Made by a program: the position numbers and the translations under genes. The notes under the pieces were generated by a model, which ran no database searches, had not been told where the DNA came from, and saw nothing but the letters and a program-made list of their open reading frames with translations. A stretch of 20,000 nucleotides of DNA from an uncultured virus (IMG/VR IMGVR_UViG_3300046537_000053). Its lineage: Duplodnaviria; Heunggongvirae; Uroviricota; Caudoviricetes; Schitoviridae. The stretch lies in the IMG/VR virus record IMGVR_UViG_3300046537_000053, one strand, 5' to 3'. Positions 1-8,264 of this stretch are shown here, piece by piece; the stretch's first letter is position 1; every line of letters begins with the position of its first letter.

Positions 1-839
1 AAGCCGATCAGGTTCACGCCCCAGTCGAGCGCGTAGAACGGCAGCTCATTCTGGTGAACGCTGATCCTTGGCTCGTCTTCGAACAGGGCAGCAAACAACT
101 TCCGGAGCCAGAGCGAACCGGTGAGATCGTGGTTACCCTCCATCACCAGCAGCACGACCTGCTCATGCTTTTGCAGAGCCAGGTTGACCAGTTGACGGAT
201 CAGCCGGATCGCGACGTCGACCACCTTGCTGAAGCGGCCGTCCGCATCAAGCACATGGCCTGAAGTCGGGGTGATTGGCAGCAGGCCGTCGAAGTGTAAA
301 AAATCACCCCCGATATTTATCACCGCGGTGTGGCTGGCTGGTGAGGAATTCACCAGGGACTGCATCGAGGCAACGCCGACTTCTTCGGCGATCCTCAGGT
401 CCCAGTCGGCGCCGCCTTCCTTATGCCAGGCCAGCATTCCGACGTGGTAGTCGAAAAAGTTGTACAGAGTCAGCAGCTTGGCCAGGACATGGGTCGGTGC
501 ATCGATCGGCCGGACCGGGTCGACAGTGGCACACATTGCGGCGATCGCAGCCTCGAGCTGGATCTGCCGGGCTTCATCGTCGGGGGACTGGCGTTCCCAG
601 GTCCGCTCGATGTCACCGTCCGAGTTGCGCTGGACCGTGACCTTGCCCATCAAGTAACCGGGCGCCACACCGTTGTCGAAATGTCCGGGTGCCAGACCCA
701 GTCTGGCTTTGTGTTCAGGGGTGAGAGCGGCCTCGGCCATCTCTTCTTTCAATCGGCCGCGGAAGGTGCTGTCGGCAATTCCTAATGCCTTGGCTGCTCC
801 GCGCTTACTGCCATGCGTCTTCCACGCTTCATGATACAT
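1..839 (-). CDS. N-terminal HTH + calcineurin-like metallophosphoesterase domain protein (3' end truncated by window edge)
   Basis: Not in the ORF track; translated by hand from ATG at 839: MYHEAWKTHGSKRGAAKALGIADSTFRGRL (HTH-like)...FFDYHVGMLAW...NIGGDFLHFD...MEGNHD. The DxH, GD and GNHD motifs are those of metallophosphoesterases. GGGGAGGGA SD lies upstream, and the frame is open to the window start. Confidence 0.8.
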   Translation of the reverse strand, partial: MYHEAWKTHGSKRGAAKALGIADSTFRGRLKEEMAEAALTPEHKARLGLAPGHFDNGVAPGYLMGKVTVQRNSDGDIERTWERQSPDDEARQIQLEAAIAAMCATVDPVRPIDAPTHVLAKLLTLYNFFDYHVGMLAWHKEGGADWDLRIAEEVGVASMQSLVNSSPASHTAVINIGGDFLHFDGLLPITPTSGHVLDADGRFSKVVDVAIRLIRQLVNLALQKHEQVVLLVMEGNHDLTGSLWLRKLFAALFEDEPRISVHQNELPFYALDWGVNLIG

Positions 840-898
840 GTGTACTGTCCCTCCCCAGGGCTGATAGAGTTAACTTTTGTGGAACTGCTCCTAAATTT

Positions 899-1915
899 TT
901 AGAATGCTAACAGCATGTTGCCGGACGAAGGCACGGCCACTGTGTAAGTAATGATCAGGGCGCCCTGGGCACCTGACGTTGGAAAGTTGCCAGTCGTGAC
1001 TGAGCCGCAACCGCCAGCGCCACCACCCGCACCGTAAAGGCCTGGAGCACCGGCACCTCGGCCAGTGCCCGAACCGGACAGACCACCGCCGCCACCAGCG
1101 CCGCCGCCTGCACCTGCAGTACCGCCCGCTGTGATCGTATATTCATCACCATCGCCGCCCGCACCACCAGTCGAGTCCTGGGTCGAGCCGCCAAAGCCAC
1201 CGCCACCGCCTGAGCCGGACGTGCCATCGCCAGCTGTACCGTTGGCGTCGGGATCACCCGTACCGCCTGCAGCCCCAGCCCGACCGGTACCACCGGCACC
1301 GCCCGTTGCACCCGGGGCAGCATTGCCACCTCCGGAGACACCACCACCGCCACCGCCTCCTCGGCCATTGGATGATGCAGCATTACCGCCCACTCCACCG
1401 GTGCCAGCGGCACTACCGGCCGCACCGCCACCTGCAGCACCACCCAGGTTGCTACCCGAGCGGGCACCGCCATCACCGCCGCTGAATTTGGTAGTGCCGA
1501 CACTGGCTGAGGCCTGACCGCCGACACCACCCAAGGTCGACGTCGGGGCGCCGGCACCTTTGGCCATCACACCATCAGCGGTCGAGCCAGGAGCTGCGTT
1601 CGAAGTCTTGTTGAGCCAGGTGTCAGCGCCAGCTGAACCTTGGGCACCAGCACCGGTTGCAGCGAAGCCGCCCGCTCCGACCCAGGTATAGAGAGTGCTG
1701 GATCCCGGCGTCAGACCAGAGACCGACAGGCTGACTGAAGCGAACGCACCGCCACCGCCACCCGTGACATTGGTAGTGGACGTTGCTGCAGGACGTGAAC
1801 CGCCCGAACCACCACCGATTGCCACGACATCGATCGGGACCGAGGTGTCGCAGTCAGCCGGCAACGTCCAGGTATGGGCCCCGGTCGTGCTGAGCAGGAC
1901 GGTCTTGGTCGCCAA
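899..1915 (-). CDS. Glycine-rich tail-associated/virion protein
   Basis: 338 aa with a TTG start 3 nt after the tail-fibre stop. It has 'DVVAIGGGSGG', many GGxGG tracts and C-terminal 'GAQGALIITY', typical of phage Gly-rich domains found next to tail fibres. Confidence 0.7.
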   Translation of the reverse strand: MATKTVLLSTTGAHTWTLPADCDTSVPIDVVAIGGGSGGSRPAATSTTNVTGGGGGAFASVSLSVSGLTPGSSTLYTWVGAGGFAATGAGAQGSAGADTWLNKTSNAAPGSTADGVMAKGAGAPTSTLGGVGGQASASVGTTKFSGGDGGARSGSNLGGAAGGGAAGSAAGTGGVGGNAASSNGRGGGGGGGVSGGGNAAPGATGGAGGTGRAGAAGGTGDPDANGTAGDGTSGSGGGGGFGGSTQDSTGGAGGDGDEYTITAGGTAGAGGGAGGGGGLSGSGTGRGAGAPGLYGAGGGAGGCGSVTTGNFPTSGAQGALIITYTVAVPSSGNMLLAF

Positions 1916-1918
1916 GAG

Positions 1919-3619
1919 CTAGACTTCCTGGCTCACACCGACAACATCCCATTTGGTGTCGGCATTGTTGAAAATCATGCCCAGATACAACCACTTACCG
2001 TTGACGGTTGCGGTCGGCAGGGTCACTCCGATTGCCCGGTACTGCGAGCCATAGCTGATCGCATAGGCGCCATTGGCCTTGATCCGGACGATGATCTTGT
2101 GGCAATCGATGGCCGTGCCGGTCGGATTGTTGAGCGTCGGAGCGGCAGTAACCGCACCGTTGTTGACCATGTTGTCGGAGAAAGTCGGCGTGATCGAGTT
2201 GGCGCCGGCTGCCTGGATATCCGGGGACCGGTTCTGTTTCAGATCTAGGGCTGCCTGCTGAGCGGTCGACACCGGCTTGGCAGTATCGGCGGTATTGTCG
2301 ACACTGCCCAGTCCGACGTCCGCCTTGACGAAGCTCATTGCCGTCTTCAGGCCCGAGGCCGAGATTGCACCCGACAGGCCGGCGACCGAGCTCACCGTTT
2401 CGGTGTTGTCGATCTTGTCCCAGCTGGCGCCATTGGAGACGATCCAGTCACCGACCGCCCACTCGGCAATGCCCGAGATGCTGGTCGTGCCCGCGGTGGC
2501 GACTTTGTAGAAGTAGCCCTTGTTGCCCGCAGCGGCAGCCGGGATGGCTGGCGAGTTGGCCGTGGCGTCCCAGGTTCCCTGGTACACCATTGCTCCGACC
2601 ACCAGGCCTTCGAGGGCAACGATTTTATCGTAGATGTCGTTCTTGGTCGGGACTTCGTTCGATCCGTTCCAACCGGGACCATAGGCTTCTGCTGAAACGA
2701 TTATGTCGGTTGCGGTGATGCTGCCAAAGACCGACAGACCGGTTGCAGTGAATGTCGCCCAAAAAGCCTCAGTGTCGTAGTCTATGATCGAGAATTCGCC
2801 AGTGACTGCAGAATAGAAGGCGCTGGGTGTTGATACGAACGCCGCGTATTCGGTGCCGCCAGATTGGAACCCGCTGTAACCTCCCGTCATGGAGAAGCCA
2901 GTGGCCGTGATATAGCCGTCAATCGTTTGGTCGCCGACGAAGCTGTTGCCTCCAGCCAGTAGAGCCTTGGCATCGAGCGTAGCCTGCAGACCGGTGACAC
3001 CGGCAACGGCGATCGCCGGGATCTGGCCAATCGGGATCTTGGTACCCGAGTCCAAGGTGGCGACACCGTCAGCCACGCCGCGGTCAGTGTTGGGGACAAA
3101 GTCACCCCCGACAATCGCTTCGGCATCCGCAGCAGCAGCTTCCGCTGCAGCCTGGGCCGCTAGAGCTGCAACCTTGGCTGCATTGGCATCAGTAGCCTGG
3201 GTTGCGGCAGATGTTGCAGATCCGGCCGCAGCAGTGGCAGATCCTGCGGCAGCGGTAGCAGAAGCAGCTGCAGCGGCGACAGAGCCAGAGACAGAGGCAA
3301 CAACGACGGCAGCTGCGGCTTCCACTGCTGCGGTGACATTCCCGGACGCCTCCGCCGCTTCGACCGCTGAGGCTGCCGCTGCAGCCGCTGACGCGGCTGC
3401 TGCTGCCTCGGCCGCCTCGGCGTCGGCTATACCGGAGGCAACCGTCGCGGCGACCTCGCTCAGTTCAGGAAGATTTTCAAGTCCATCGGCAACCAGCACG
3501 ACATCGTCGATATTCTCAGCAACGATCCGCACGTTGGCATAGACCGGGCCGATCTGGTCGTTGGCGAACTCAGCTCCCGAGTCTTCACCCGGGATCTCTG
3601 CAGATGGCTTGATACCCAT
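1919..3619 (-). CDS. Tail fibre / receptor-binding protein
   Basis: 566 aa with an Ala-rich coiled-coil N-terminal third. Fibre-type motifs include GVATLDSGTKIP, YQGTWDATANSP...WAVGDWIV, VSSVAGLSG and KADVGLGSVDNTADTAKPVS. It lies downstream of gp67 as in N4-like phages. Confidence 0.75.
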   Translation of the reverse strand: MGIKPSAEIPGEDSGAEFANDQIGPVYANVRIVAENIDDVVLVADGLENLPELSEVAATVASGIADAEAAEAAAAASAAAAAASAVEAAEASGNVTAAVEAAAAVVVASVSGSVAAAAASATAAAGSATAAAGSATSAATQATDANAAKVAALAAQAAAEAAAADAEAIVGGDFVPNTDRGVADGVATLDSGTKIPIGQIPAIAVAGVTGLQATLDAKALLAGGNSFVGDQTIDGYITATGFSMTGGYSGFQSGGTEYAAFVSTPSAFYSAVTGEFSIIDYDTEAFWATFTATGLSVFGSITATDIIVSAEAYGPGWNGSNEVPTKNDIYDKIVALEGLVVGAMVYQGTWDATANSPAIPAAAAGNKGYFYKVATAGTTSISGIAEWAVGDWIVSNGASWDKIDNTETVSSVAGLSGAISASGLKTAMSFVKADVGLGSVDNTADTAKPVSTAQQAALDLKQNRSPDIQAAGANSITPTFSDNMVNNGAVTAAPTLNNPTGTAIDCHKIIVRIKANGAYAISYGSQYRAIGVTLPTATVNGKWLYLGMIFNNADTKWDVVGVSQEV

Positions 3620-4332
3620 TAACAGAACCCCCGGTCATTGAATTTCTTGCTGGTCTCCGACAGGCTGGTCGAGACCAGGTCCTGGTCGACTGCCTCGTTG
3701 CAGATGCTGGTATAGATCGACAGGTAATCGCTCGATTTCAGCGTGTTTTCCTGGCCGTTCATGTAGAAATAGACCTTGTGCCCGATGTAGGCGATCAGTG
3801 CCTCCTCGAGGACCTCGGGCAGATCGATGTCGGCATCCAGGTAGCCCTCACCCTCGAGCGCGAGGGGAGCGTGCTTCGCCTGGTAGATAATATAGAGCGG
3901 CGCCCCGTCCTCAGGATCGGGCACCTGCAGCAGGTCATAGGTCGGCGTGAACAGCGAGTTGGAGGCGTTGTCGTCGTTGAGCGGCGCCTGGGCTCCACCG
4001 GTCTGATAGACGCCGAGCACCTTGATCAGGTCATCGGTGAACGGCTTGGTCACCGAGTCGATGATGTAATGCGGCAGCGTCGGGTTGGCCGCGGCATTCA
4101 CCAGGCTGTACTTGCTGTCCAGCTTGTAGTTGGTGATCGTGCCGGCCTGCTCGATGATCACCTCAGCTTCTTTGAGGTTGAACTTCGAATAAAGCTTGAG
4201 CAGGCACTCGTTGGCGAAGCCGATCACTGCCGGATGCTTGGTCTCGACAATCGTGCCGTCGCCATCATTCGACATGCTCAAATTGGCCAGCGGGCCATAG
4301 GACAACCGCTGCAGAAGCTGCGTTACGTTCAT
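3619..4332 (-). CDS. N4 gp67-like virion structural (head-tail adaptor-like) protein
   Basis: 237 aa immediately downstream of the terminase, matching N4 gp68-gp67 synteny. Motifs LSYGPLANL, DDLIKVL, YQAKH and DLPEVLEEAL resemble this family. Confidence 0.75.
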   Translation of the reverse strand: MNVTQLLQRLSYGPLANLSMSNDGDGTIVETKHPAVIGFANECLLKLYSKFNLKEAEVIIEQAGTITNYKLDSKYSLVNAAANPTLPHYIIDSVTKPFTDDLIKVLGVYQTGGAQAPLNDDNASNSLFTPTYDLLQVPDPEDGAPLYIIYQAKHAPLALEGEGYLDADIDLPEVLEEALIAYIGHKVYFYMNGQENTLKSSDYLSIYTSICNEAVDQDLVSTSLSETSKKFNDRGFC

Positions 4333-4368
4333 CTATTCCCCACCCAACCCGGTCAGAGTTGAACTAAC

Positions 4369-5964
4369 TCACACTATATATGATGTCAGTCCGCTCGGAT
4401 CGCTTATACCATGATCATCTCCCCATCGGTCTATATCTTCTTTCACGACAGGGATAGAGTCGGATGGCCGCCAGGCCGTCAGGAACGCCAGCATCGACAC
4501 GGTATCGAGGAAGTCGTCCTTGCCCTTGAGCCCCCGGGTGGTGGCCTGCCGGATCTGGGCCAGCCCCAATCCCATGATGGTCGACGACTTCATCTCCTCC
4601 GGCCAGTAGATCTTGCCCATCTTGAACCAGGGCACGACCATATTGAACCGGCTGAGCTTGTCGACGGTCGGCCGAATGCCGGGGGTCGCCGACTTGGTGA
4701 CCGGGTCATGGGCGAGGTTGAACCAGATGTTCCGGTTCAGCATCTCCTGCTGGATCCACTTGATGAAGGCGCCCTGCTGACCGGTGATCTCGACGCCCAC
4801 CTGCTGCGGCTTGTACTGCTGAGCCAGGCGGAACAGGTCATCGATCGACTTATCCATCGTCTGGCGGGCGAGGATCCCGTCGACCCAGTACCAGTCGCCG
4901 TTGGCATTATAGGCCCACACCGAGATGGCGCTGAAGTCGGCCGTCTGCTTCTCGCTCGTGGCGAAGTCGGTCGTGATATAGAAGTTGAACAGTGACTGGT
5001 TGTTGAGCAGCTGTTGCCGGCTGTAATACTTGATCTCGGTTTCCTGGACGAGCCGCTCTTCCTCGGACGTGATCCGGAGCATCAGCTCCTGGAAGAAGGC
5101 GGCGCCGTGCCCGGTCTCGACCGCGAGGTCGTACTGGCTTTTGACATAGGTGTAGGTGAAGCGGTCGGGCCAGGCGCCGCGGAACTCGGCCTCCTCGCAC
5201 GGGAAGCGTTCGCACACCGGCCAGACGTTGACGTCCCACTGGCCCGACTCGATTGCCTCGATCAGGATGTCGTCGGCGTTGAACGGCGTGCCGTTGAAGA
5301 TCACCTTGCGACGGGTCGGATCGAGCGCGTGGTTGACACCTTTATATACGGTGTCCTTGATCGCGATCATCGCGGCCTTGGATTTGCTGTCGTCATCGCT
5401 GACCAGATCGTCGAGCACCGCCAGGGGCGGACGCTTGCCGAAGATCTTGGTACCGCGGAGACCGGTCTTGGCACCGAACATCTTCAGGCCGAACCGCTTG
5501 CCCTCGATGTTGGTGAACTCGATATAGTTGTCGGTGAAGGTCGCCTTGGGGACCCACTGCTGCAGGAACGGCGAGTTGTTGTAGCGGAACTCCATGTTCT
5601 TGCGGAGCGATTTGACGCCGTTCTCCATGGTGTCGCCGACATAGATGGCGGCATCGATCTCCCCGAACCCGGGGATGTAGCAGAAGGTCGCGAGGAACAG
5701 GAAAAAATACTCGGCGAACAGCGTGGTCTTGGCCGCGCCGCGGAAGCAGAGGTTGGCGATGTACTCGGACGGTCCCACCACCTTGTCGAGCATGGCGAGG
5801 TGGACAGGCGGAGTTTTATGCGACTCACCCTCCGCTCCGTTCACCAATTTGATAAAATTCATGAAGGTGAGTGCGAACTGAGTCGGCACATACGTTCCGT
5901 CGTTCAACGCAACATAGGATACCGTGTTCAGCCACTCGTCGAGAGATTGCTTAATCTTCGCCAT
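4369..5964 (-). CDS. terL: Terminase large subunit (N4 gp68-like)
   Basis: Walker A-like FRGAAKTT, Walker B LAVLDDL, coupling motif FNGTPF, RNase H-like nuclease motif ITTDFATS and C-terminal KDDFLDTVSML. Start moved to ATG 5964 (MAKIKQSLDEW), which has a GAGGA SD. Confidence 0.93.
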   Translation of the reverse strand: MAKIKQSLDEWLNTVSYVALNDGTYVPTQFALTFMNFIKLVNGAEGESHKTPPVHLAMLDKVVGPSEYIANLCFRGAAKTTLFAEYFFLFLATFCYIPGFGEIDAAIYVGDTMENGVKSLRKNMEFRYNNSPFLQQWVPKATFTDNYIEFTNIEGKRFGLKMFGAKTGLRGTKIFGKRPPLAVLDDLVSDDDSKSKAAMIAIKDTVYKGVNHALDPTRRKVIFNGTPFNADDILIEAIESGQWDVNVWPVCERFPCEEAEFRGAWPDRFTYTYVKSQYDLAVETGHGAAFFQELMLRITSEEERLVQETEIKYYSRQQLLNNQSLFNFYITTDFATSEKQTADFSAISVWAYNANGDWYWVDGILARQTMDKSIDDLFRLAQQYKPQQVGVEITGQQGAFIKWIQQEMLNRNIWFNLAHDPVTKSATPGIRPTVDKLSRFNMVVPWFKMGKIYWPEEMKSSTIMGLGLAQIRQATTRGLKGKDDFLDTVSMLAFLTAWRPSDSIPVVKEDIDRWGDDHGISDPSGLTSYIV

Positions 5965-6694
5965 TATCGTCCTCAACCCTTGTAGCTGTCGCTTCAATCA
6001 AGGGTTGAGCTGCAATGTCCACAACTTTCACCCCACCCTGCATTGCTTCTAATTGTTTTTCTGACAATGCAACCAACATACTCTTCAACTCAGTCATACC
6101 TGAGTCTTCCTTAACTTCCAGACTGAGCTGGAAGTTTCCTTCTTTGGGCTTGGCCAGATGCGTCAAGATAGAGTTGGCCGCCTCACAGCGGACCTTCTCT
6201 GACAGTGCGTTCCGCATCAGGTCGACCTGCGTATTGATCGCTTCCTGGAAGGCGCCGTGGTTCAGCACCCAGCTCGGCACCAGGCTTTGCTCGGTGATCA
6301 GGTTGACCAGCTTGCCCTTGTTGTAGGCGCTGACGTAGGCGCTGATATCCTTCTGGCTGGTGCCCAGCTGGACCAGCCGTTGGTGCCGGGCAGGGAAGGT
6401 CCGGAGGTAGCTCTCCTCGTTGTTGTACCCCATCAGCTTGTAGCTGACGTAGGTGATCGCGTTGAGGTAATCCTCGAGCTTGAACTTGCCGTCCTTGAGG
6501 ACCGAGGCGTAGCTGACCACGTTGTTGCGGATCTGCTCGGCCAGGATCGGATCGCTGACCAGGTTGTTGACCTGGTCGACAAACGCCTGGTTGATCTGGC
6601 CCTTGAACTGGGGTGGCACCGCCTGCCGCACCTTCTCGACCGTCAGCGGGTCGGGTGCGTTCTGGATCCCCGGTAGATTAGCAGTCAGTGTCAT
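5951..6694 (-). CDS. N4 gp69-like protein (putative terminase small subunit)
   Basis: Directly upstream of terL and overlapping it. Motifs YLNAITYVSYKLMG, YVSAYNKGKLVN and SEKVRCEAANSILTHL resemble gp69. The likely start is ATG 6694 after GGTGGGGAAA. Confidence 0.75.
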   Translation of the reverse strand: MTLTANLPGIQNAPDPLTVEKVRQAVPPQFKGQINQAFVDQVNNLVSDPILAEQIRNNVVSYASVLKDGKFKLEDYLNAITYVSYKLMGYNNEESYLRTFPARHQRLVQLGTSQKDISAYVSAYNKGKLVNLITEQSLVPSWVLNHGAFQEAINTQVDLMRNALSEKVRCEAANSILTHLAKPKEGNFQLSLEVKEDSGMTELKSMLVALSEKQLEAMQGGVKVVDIAAQPLIEATATRVEDDNGED

Positions 6695-6831
6695 TTTCCC
6701 CACCATTATATATACTGTGTGAGTCCGGTTTCTCTGGGTTCCCGGACACTAGCGAGAGCGCCGGCCGAGAGGCCGCCTGCTCGGGTAGCCGGGGGTAGGC
6801 TGGTCACCAATGATCCCCCGGCTGCTTCGCT

Positions 6832-7140
6832 TTAGACCAGGATCAGCCAGTCCTCCATCAGCAGGTCACTTTGGCTGGCTACCCACGGCACCACATCCTG
6901 GTCGACGGTGAACATGGCGATGTAGGGCCGATAGGGCACCAGCCCGTCGATGTGGCCCTGGGCAATCAGCTTGCCAGTCTCGGTGGTCGGCGGATAACGG
7001 CCCTCGCCCACCAGGTAGAGGAACATATTCTTGCCGTTCCAACCGCGGCGGAGGATCCGCTTGCCGGCCTTCAGGGCCTCGAGGGCCTCACTGAAACAGA
7101 AGGTAATGACCCTGGGTTCTTCGAAATTGGTCGCTCGCAT
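6832..7140 (-). CDS. DUF2829 family protein, Tad2-like (Thoeris anti-defence sponge)
   Basis: FSEALEALKAGKRILRRGWNGKNMFLYL...PWVASQSDLLMEDW is the DUF2829 signature. ATG 7140 has better SD spacing than GTG 7149. Confidence 0.8.
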   Translation of the reverse strand: MRATNFEEPRVITFCFSEALEALKAGKRILRRGWNGKNMFLYLVGEGRYPPTTETGKLIAQGHIDGLVPYRPYIAMFTVDQDVVPWVASQSDLLMEDWLILV

Positions 7141-7217
7141 TGGTTTCACTCCCCACCATATTAGATCTATATTTGTAGGGAGTCGGCGTCAGCCGACCCC
7201 CGAAATTTTTTCGACCC

Positions 7218-7787
7218 CTATTTCCCCAGGGCCTCCTGGAATTCGGATTTGACCGGCTGTTCGGCCGGTTCTTCCTCAAACTTAGCTAGGATAGCGTCGA
7301 CATCGGCCGGCCGCAGGGCTTCGGCGTTGCCGAGCCCATGCGCCGTCAGCCTGGTCAGGGCCTCATCGAGGTCGTCTTCCCCGATCGTTGCGGCGACATG
7401 CAACTTATCCCGCAGGGAATAACCGAGCAGCGGCCAGATCTTGTTGACGGCGTCCTGTCGGGCAACCCGTTCGCCGATCGAACGGCTGAAGTTCGACGGG
7501 CTGGCACAGGCACTGGTGCCCACAACCGTGTAGCCATTCTTGAGGACCAGGACGCAAAAGGTCAGCAGCCGGAGCTCGTCCGGCAGGCTCAGCGTCTGGC
7601 TGAGGTTCTCGATCACGCCAAGCTCAGCTGCATCGTCAAGCAGCCCGAGGCGGGCGCCCTGGTGAGCAGTGAAGTAATGTTCGCTGGTGATATGGGCCTC
7701 GATCACCTCCGGGGTGATCCGCGGGCCGTTGTTGGGATAATCGGTCCGGTCGACACTAACGATGGGGCCATTTGACATGCTGCTCAT
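7218..7787 (-). CDS. Phage Gp49/Sf6 gp66 family protein (Acb4-like sponge) with C-terminal extension
   Basis: ITPEVIEAHI...LLTFCVLVLKNGYTVVGTSACASPSNFSRSIGERVARQDAVNKIWPLLGY matches the Gp49_66 family. About 60 extra acidic/helical residues follow. Confidence 0.8.
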   Translation of the reverse strand: MSSMSNGPIVSVDRTDYPNNGPRITPEVIEAHITSEHYFTAHQGARLGLLDDAAELGVIENLSQTLSLPDELRLLTFCVLVLKNGYTVVGTSACASPSNFSRSIGERVARQDAVNKIWPLLGYSLRDKLHVAATIGEDDLDEALTRLTAHGLGNAEALRPADVDAILAKFEEEPAEQPVKSEFQEALGK

Positions 7788-8009
7788 ATTCCCTTTATCT
7801 AGCCACCTGCAATCGGGTGGGGCCCTTAGTATTTAGGGTATTTATCGCCGAAAGCCAACTGCGTCGGGGACGGCAGGCCATTTCTTCTCAATTTACTAGA
7901 GAAGAGAAAGGACCCTCCTATTGTCTGCTGTGTCCTAAAGAACACAACCAGACCAGGAGAAACTGGGGATAAATCCCACAGCATTTGACAGATATGTAAC
8001 ACTATGAGA

Positions 8010-8176
8010 GCTTGGCTCTGGGCGGTAACGCCTGCCAAGCGTGATGCGGGGCCAGACACCCTAGTCGCTTAGTGGGGACAATAACGGCGACGGGAGTTGC
8101 GGGATTTCCTTTGGCTCAGCGATGAGCCTAAACTCGACGAACTCTAGGGCCCGGGTCGCAAGATCCGGGCTCTTTT
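8010..8176 (+). ncRNA. Candidate structured ncRNA 1 (three GNRA-capped stems, terminator-ended)
   Basis: GCTTGGC/GCCAAGC encloses GGGCG-GTAA-CGCCT. Further stems are GTCGCT/GGCGAC, GGCTCA-GCGA-TGAGCC, CCCTAG/CTAGGG and GGGCCCGGGTC-GCAA-GATCCGGGCTC followed by TTTT. No credible ORF covers the region. Confidence 0.5.
8147..8176 (+). terminator. Intrinsic terminator ending candidate ncRNA 1
   Basis: 11-bp GC-rich stem, GCAA loop, followed by TTTT. Confidence 0.6.
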
Positions 8177-8230
8177 ACTTATGTCGGCTGAGCCACATAA
8201 GAAAAAAGTTCCACAGATGAAAAATATCTA

Positions 8231-8258
8231 TTGACCTGTTCAGGGTTTACGATAGGTT
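8231..8258 (+). promoter_or_regulatory. Possible promoter (TTGACC-16 nt-TAGGTT) upstream of candidate ncRNA 2
   Basis: Sigma70-like -35/-10 pair after an A-rich tract; it also contains GACCTG...TTTA, reminiscent of N4 middle promoters. Confidence 0.35.
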
Positions 8259-8264
8259 TGGAGC

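Noticed and set aside
54..785. Several plus-strand ORFs at the window start
   Set aside because: They are explained by the minus-strand metallophosphoesterase frame, which has clear catalytic motifs.
1065..1517. Proline-rich plus-strand ORF (and 955..1557 minus alternative frame)
   Set aside because: These are shadows of the Gly-rich gene: GGN codons read as CCN on the opposite strand. They have no SD and conflict with the late-strand operon.
899..1915. Resemblance to PE-PGRS or collagen
   Set aside because: There is no PE domain and no strict Gly-X-Y periodicity; this is low-complexity similarity only.
2946..5985. Long plus-strand ORFs (2946..3542, 3778..4362, 4411..4995, 5014..5985)
   Set aside because: They are antisense shadows of well-supported high-GC genes (fibre, gp67, terL) with no recognisable motifs.
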